IMG/VR virus record: IMGVR_UViG_2617270938_000005
Coordinates: 1 to 43,652 of that record
Reading direction: 5' to 3' (one strand)
Source of the DNA: a virus
Taxonomy: Duplodnaviria; Heunggongvirae; Uroviricota; Caudoviricetes
DNA length: 43,652 nt
Positions 39,368 to 43,652 of the stretch are shown here, one piece after another (the first letter of the stretch is position 1; every line of letters begins with the position of its first letter). The notes under the pieces were generated by a model. That model did no database searches. It saw only the letters and a list, made by a program, of their open reading frames with translations, and was not told the origin of the DNA. The position numbers and the translations under genes are program-made.

Positions 39368-39847
39368 ATGAAAATCTGCTCAAGATGCCATCAACAGAAG
39401 GAAGAAAGGGACTTTCAAATCAGAAGAGCATCCAGAGATGGATTAACTGCCGCTTGCCGGGCTTGCCTGGCTGAATACGACAAAGAACGCGCTGGATTGC
39501 CACATCGAGTATCAGCAAGGAGAGAATATCAATCATCGGAACGCGGAAGAGAACGGTGTAACGCAGCCAAAAAGCGGTTCATTCAGAGCAACCCATGGAA
39601 AAGAAAAGCCCACATCATTGTGGGTAATTTTTTGCGCGACGGTAAGCTAATCCGACCACCACAATGTGAGTGCTGCGGATCAGAATGTAAACCACAGGCG
39701 CACCACTGCGACTACAGCAAACCAACCGATGTGATGTGGCTCTGCAAGTCATGTCATGCCGAGTGGCACAAACATAACAAACCTATCTACCCAGACGAGG
39801 AACCAGTAACTCTCCCCTTCCCTCGTCACGCTATTCACGCAATTTAA
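39368..39847 (+). CDS. HNH endonuclease-like protein
   Basis: Cys clusters and HHCDYSKP...WLCKSCHAEWH HNH-type motif. Confidence 0.5.
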   Translation: MKICSRCHQQKEERDFQIRRASRDGLTAACRACLAEYDKERAGLPHRVSARREYQSSERGRERCNAAKKRFIQSNPWKRKAHIIVGNFLRDGKLIRPPQCECCGSECKPQAHHCDYSKPTDVMWLCKSCHAEWHKHNKPIYPDEEPVTLPFPRHAIHAI

Positions 39848-39860
39848 TCAGGAGAAAATC

Positions 39861-40154
39861 ATGCCAGCGCCTCAGTATGGTGCGGATGACCCGCGCCGCT
39901 GTTCCGGCAAATCCGTATCGGAGGTGCTGGATAAATTCAGAAAAAACTACGATCGGATAATGTCGCTACCGCAGGAAACGAAAGAGGAAAAGGAATTTCG
40001 CCACTGTATATGGCTTGCAGAGAAAGAAGAACTCGAGCGAATTTACCAGACATCAATCCGACCATTCCGCAAAGCCACATATACCCACTTCCCTGAAATT
40101 GACCCGCGCCTGCGTAATTACCGCTCACGCTATGGCGCTATCAGTAATGACTGA
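39861..40154 (+). CDS. hypothetical protein
   Basis: 97-aa ORF. Confidence 0.3.
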   Translation: MPAPQYGADDPRRCSGKSVSEVLDKFRKNYDRIMSLPQETKEEKEFRHCIWLAEKEELERIYQTSIRPFRKATYTHFPEIDPRLRNYRSRYGAISND

Positions 40155-40165
40155 GGAATTTACCA

Positions 40166-40329
40166 TGAGAGGACTTGCATACAATCCCGGTATTCTTCCG
40201 GCAGAAATGATTATTCGCCAACGCGTAAAGCCAATGCCATCGAGAGAGGAATTGCTTAAGAGAAATTCTTTTCCATCAGTGAATCAAAACAAATATCTGA
40301 ATGCAATGTGGCGGAGTGGGAAGAAATGA
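40166..40329 (+). CDS. small hypothetical protein
   Basis: 54-aa ORF inside the 40015..40329 frame; start chosen at internal ATG to avoid overlap with upstream gene. Confidence 0.25.
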
Positions 40330-40952
40330 AACAAATGTCACTAATTGAGATGGATGGATTCCTGAAAGGTAAATGCATCCCACGAGATTTAAAGGTTAAC
40401 GAAACAAACGCTGAATATCTGGTGCGTAAATTTGCTGAAGCGGAGGCCAAGATTTTGGCGCTGGCCGAAGACCAACAGAAAGCGATTGAGTCAATTAAGC
40501 AGGCTGATTCGGCTGTTAAGTTGGCACACGAGAAGTTTTCGGCGCTGGCGGCGGAGAATGTGGCATTGCGTGAAGTGGTTGAACGCATGATAAACCAATT
40601 TGCAATGAGCGGTATTTCTCCAGAGGAGAAGTCAATCAATCCCGCAGCGTCGCTCATGTTTGATGCTAAATCAGCACTGTCTATGTCAGCAACCGACGCC
40701 TTCACGGCTGAAATTCGGGCGGAGGCTCGCAACGAGGGGATTAACTATACCGCAAGTCGTCTTGCTGCTGCTTTCAACCACGGATTTATCAATAAGTCTT
40801 TACGTGAAGTTTTCGACGTTACGCGCATGATTCTGTCAGCGAAAGAAGAGTTGGCTAATGAACCGCATCCGATTGATGGCCTGTCTGGTGAATATGCGGA
40901 GAAATCCCTAGAAGAATGGGCGGAACAGATTCGCAAAGGAAGCAGCCAGTGA
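40308..40952 (+). CDS. hypothetical protein (coiled-coil)
   Basis: 214-aa ORF. Confidence 0.4.
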   Translation: MAEWEEMKQMSLIEMDGFLKGKCIPRDLKVNETNAEYLVRKFAEAEAKILALAEDQQKAIESIKQADSAVKLAHEKFSALAAENVALREVVERMINQFAMSGISPEEKSINPAASLMFDAKSALSMSATDAFTAEIRAEARNEGINYTASRLAAAFNHGFINKSLREVFDVTRMILSAKEELANEPHPIDGLSGEYAEKSLEEWAEQIRKGSSQ

Positions 40953-41224
40953 ATATCGACACCACGATAACGCTCGATACGGCCCTAAATACCGGTCTGG
41001 CACTTCTCGGTTGGCTTTACATCATGTCCCGTACATGGCGATGGCTGGGTTCCATTTTCCTGAAACAGTGGAAAAAACGGCGCAAACAGGAACTGCGCCA
41101 GAAGGCATTAGAAGCGTTCTATGACGCATTTGAACTTGGCAGCATTGAACCAGGCACAACAGCGAGGATAGCGACAAAAGGCGACCTGATGATAGTGATG
41201 TTCAGACAGGAGAAAACAAAATGA
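40916..41224 (+). CDS. small membrane protein (putative)
   Basis: Hydrophobic segment LALLGWLYIMS followed by basic stretch; true start uncertain. Confidence 0.3.
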   Translation: MGGTDSQRKQPVNIDTTITLDTALNTGLALLGWLYIMSRTWRWLGSIFLKQWKKRRKQELRQKALEAFYDAFELGSIEPGTTARIATKGDLMIVMFRQEKTK

Positions 41225-41445
41225 CAGAACAGACGATGACAAATCGCGAACTTGTGGATGCCGCGATTGAACTTGCTGGCGATTTTTATTCCATGATGGG
41301 TTACGAGCATCGACCTGGTTTTAAGTATTGGGAGTCACCGCATCCGCAAGAACAACAGGTGTTTGAAATGGCTTGCCGTGCTTTTGAGTTTATTCGCGGT
41401 TCTGATGTGATGGACGCCGTTGCCGACTTGGAGGATGAAGAGTGA
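41221..41445 (+). CDS. hypothetical protein
   Basis: 74-aa ORF, coupled. Confidence 0.3.
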   Translation: MTEQTMTNRELVDAAIELAGDFYSMMGYEHRPGFKYWESPHPQEQQVFEMACRAFEFIRGSDVMDAVADLEDEE

Positions 41446-41849
41446 ACAAGATTGACTATCAGGCACTGCGTGAAGCGGCAGAGAAAGCCGGTGAAGATAA
41501 GTGGCAGGCTAAAAAAATAAATGGTGATTTTTTTGTTATTCGTCACGGTAGTTATACAAGACAGCATGGCTACACATCGTATCAACCCATTGCGGAGATT
41601 GATTGTAAGCCAGTCCGGGATTTTGTTGCCAAGGCTAATCCGGCTACCGTGCTGGAATTACTGGATGAACTGGAAGCAGCAAAAAAGCGCATTGCAGAAC
41701 TGGAAGCGCGGGAAATATCGCTCCCGGAACGTAGCAGCATGCTTCATCGAACAGATTTTCACGATGATTACCAAACGGTAATGGCATACAAAGTTTCTGA
41801 AGTCATCGCTGCAATCCGCGTCGCTGGCATTCGCATCAAAGGAGAGTGA
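41442..41849 (+). CDS. ead/Ea22-like protein
   Basis: N-terminal IDYQALREAAEKAGEDKW resembles the conserved start of ead/Ea22-like prophage proteins. Confidence 0.5.
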   Translation: MNKIDYQALREAAEKAGEDKWQAKKINGDFFVIRHGSYTRQHGYTSYQPIAEIDCKPVRDFVAKANPATVLELLDELEAAKKRIAELEAREISLPERSSMLHRTDFHDDYQTVMAYKVSEVIAAIRVAGIRIKGE

Positions 41850-41850
41850 T

Positions 41851-42114
41851 ATGGCAACTTTGACAAAAAAAGAACAAGCATGGTTGAGCGAATTACAGGA
41901 CGTTCTTGATCGCTGCCCATCACCGAAAAAAATTGGTTTTTACACCATTGGCGATAAAAGCATTTACCTGTATGACCTGCGCCGCATGGATGAAATCATG
42001 GAGGCTCTTGATAATCGTTCGTCGATGGATTGGTGTGTTGCTGTCCATGATATGAATGCAGGGTTTGATGAAAAGATTTTGTTCCCCTCATCAGTTGAAA
42101 GCACTGCGGGTTAA
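41851..42114 (+). CDS. hypothetical protein
   Basis: 87-aa ORF. Confidence 0.3.
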   Translation: MATLTKKEQAWLSELQDVLDRCPSPKKIGFYTIGDKSIYLYDLRRMDEIMEALDNRSSMDWCVAVHDMNAGFDEKILFPSSVESTAG

Positions 42115-42124
42115 GGAGTAACAC

Positions 42125-42658
42125 ATGACCACTATTACCAAAGAACGTATTGAATTGTTCATTAAAAATCCGCTTTATAACGGGCTTACCCGTGGCGAAC
42201 AAATGGAACTGGCACGGATTGCACTGGCATCGCTGGAAGCAGAGCCTGTAAGCCAAACTTACAACTTGCCAGAATTAATCGAAGGCATGGAAGTTTCCAT
42301 TGATGTAAGCACTTGTGATGCTGATTTCGGTAATCGCTATTTCGGCACCGTCACCGAGGCGTTAGAACTTGATACAGCCAAGAATGGTTACATCCTCCTG
42401 GTTCAGGACGCAGAGCCAAACTTCGATGTAAATGGCAACTCTCCGGTAACTCCGGATGGTTGGATAAGCTGTAGTGATCGAATGCCGGAAGACACCAAAA
42501 TGTTACTGGCATTTAGTCAAGGTGAAATCGTGGCAGCATATTGGAACTGGGTTGTAAATCCAATTGATTACAAAAAATATAGAGCTTTCACGTATTTATC
42601 AGGAAATATCTTGGATGACGTAACTCACTGGATGCCGCTACCAGAGCCTCCACTTTGA
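42125..42658 (+). CDS. DUF551-like protein
   Basis: C-terminal ...HWMPLPEPP typical of DUF551. Confidence 0.5.
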   Translation: MTTITKERIELFIKNPLYNGLTRGEQMELARIALASLEAEPVSQTYNLPELIEGMEVSIDVSTCDADFGNRYFGTVTEALELDTAKNGYILLVQDAEPNFDVNGNSPVTPDGWISCSDRMPEDTKMLLAFSQGEIVAAYWNWVVNPIDYKKYRAFTYLSGNILDDVTHWMPLPEPPL

Positions 42659-42754
42659 AAGCGAAGCTTATACATATCTTTTACATCAGCAATCTATTGT
42701 TAATCTCCAATCAATGTTACGTTGTCATCTCACTCATGCTTTGGAGGTAGTGAT

Positions 42755-42934
42755 ATGTCTTGTCCAAAATGCGGTTCTGGAAATATTGCAAAAGAAAAAA
42801 CAATGCGTGGATGGTCTGGTGATTATGTGTGCTGCGATTGCGGATACAACGACTCTAAAGACGCATTTGGAGAGCGTGGTAAAAACGAGTTTGTCAAAAT
42901 TAATAAAGATCGCGAAGGCAACGGAAAAAGCTAA
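42755..42934 (+). CDS. small zinc-ribbon protein
   Basis: MSCPKCGSG...CCDCG with GGAGG RBS. Confidence 0.4.
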   Translation: MSCPKCGSGNIAKEKTMRGWSGDYVCCDCGYNDSKDAFGERGKNEFVKINKDREGNGKS

Positions 42935-42999
42935 TTTATTTATTCATATATGAAAACAATGTAACCAATATTCGAATTGAAGAACTGAAAGAACACCAA

Positions 43000-43022
43000 G
43001 CCGCCTGATGGCGGTTTTTTAT
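43000..43022 (+). terminator. rho-independent terminator
   Basis: GCCGCC-TGAT-GGCGG followed by TTTTTTATT. Confidence 0.6.
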
Positions 43023-43034
43023 TGGAGACAAGAA

Positions 43035-43379
43035 ATGTCAGATTTGGCTATGAAGGTTTTGAAATGGCAATCGACTGGCGATGTTGGCATCAGTAGCGCA
43101 ACTCTTGCCTCAATCGCATGTGGACTGAAAAAGAATATCTATGGTCATCACTTCGGCGCTCCACATGACGCAGCAGACTTCCGGCGATGCGTTGCACTTG
43201 TTGAGCAGATTCCAGAAATCAGAGATTCATTCGACAAGGTTGCAAAGCGCGTTCCGGCATTCAAAGAAATCCTCAACGAATGGGATTCACTCGTTGCTCT
43301 GTTGAAGTCTGAAATGAAGACGTACGGGAACAAAGCACCAGAGACTTACAGAAGAATCAGCGAGCTACGCAAGGACTAG
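43035..43379 (+). CDS. hypothetical protein
   Basis: 114-aa ORF starting 13 nt after the terminator, GGAG RBS. Confidence 0.4.
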   Translation: MSDLAMKVLKWQSTGDVGISSATLASIACGLKKNIYGHHFGAPHDAADFRRCVALVEQIPEIRDSFDKVAKRVPAFKEILNEWDSLVALLKSEMKTYGNKAPETYRRISELRKD

Positions 43380-43420
43380 CCACAGCCTCACACTCGATGA
43401 GGCCTGTTCATATCTGATAG

Positions 43421-43447
43421 AGCCGCTATATGGCGGTTTATTTTTGC
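43421..43447 (+). terminator. rho-independent terminator
   Basis: AGCCGC-TATATG-GCGGTT hairpin followed by TATTTTTG. Confidence 0.55.
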
Positions 43448-43460
43448 CTGGAGAATTAAG

Positions 43461-43652
43461 ATGACCGATACCAGCCTGATTCCTGAGAAAGAAGTGATGA
43501 ACAAGCTCGGTGTTTCATCACGTCAGACAATCTGGAACTATACCAAACGGCACGGATTTCCGAAGCCAGTCAGAACCCACCCCAAATCATACCTTCGTGA
43601 AGCTGTTGAAGGGTGGATTCTTAACGGTGGCGTTAATCAGAAATGCTCCTGA
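43461..43652 (+). CDS. xis: excisionase/AlpA-family DNA-binding protein
   Basis: LIPEKEVMNKLGVSSRQTIWNYTKRHGFPKP matches AlpA/Xis HTH; last gene before window edge, int expected beyond. Confidence 0.7.
   Translation: MTDTSLIPEKEVMNKLGVSSRQTIWNYTKRHGFPKPVRTHPKSYLREAVEGWILNGGVNQKCS

Overview
This window is most of a mosaic lambdoid prophage (enterobacterial type), inverted relative to the lambda map. Coordinates 1-25000 carry minus-strand late genes: tailspike and fibre, a contractile-tail module (baseplate, sheath, tube, tape measure), head genes, portal and a pac-type terminase. These are followed by a lambda-like lysis cassette (S, R, Rz/Rz1), two tRNA genes, Q, a reduced nin region, ren, P, O with ori iterons, cII and cro. 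The plus strand then carries cI, a two-gene cassette in the rexAB position, pL/nutL, N, a block of small accessory genes, cIII, kil, a Rad52-type recombinase, ssb, an HNH protein, ead/Ea22-like and DUF551-like genes, and xis at the window edge (int and att lie outside). An immI-like ant/arc/mnt island bounded by terminators sits inside the tail cluster. The best candidate for an undescribed system is the two-gene operon at 32747-34053, co-transcribed with cI and closed by a terminator before pL; neither protein is recognisable to me. Secondary candidates are a terminator-bounded moron in the head cluster (20071-20493) and a secreted small protein coupled to the tail operon (8752-9087). All protein identifications are from reading the supplied translations against remembered family sequences; no searches were run.
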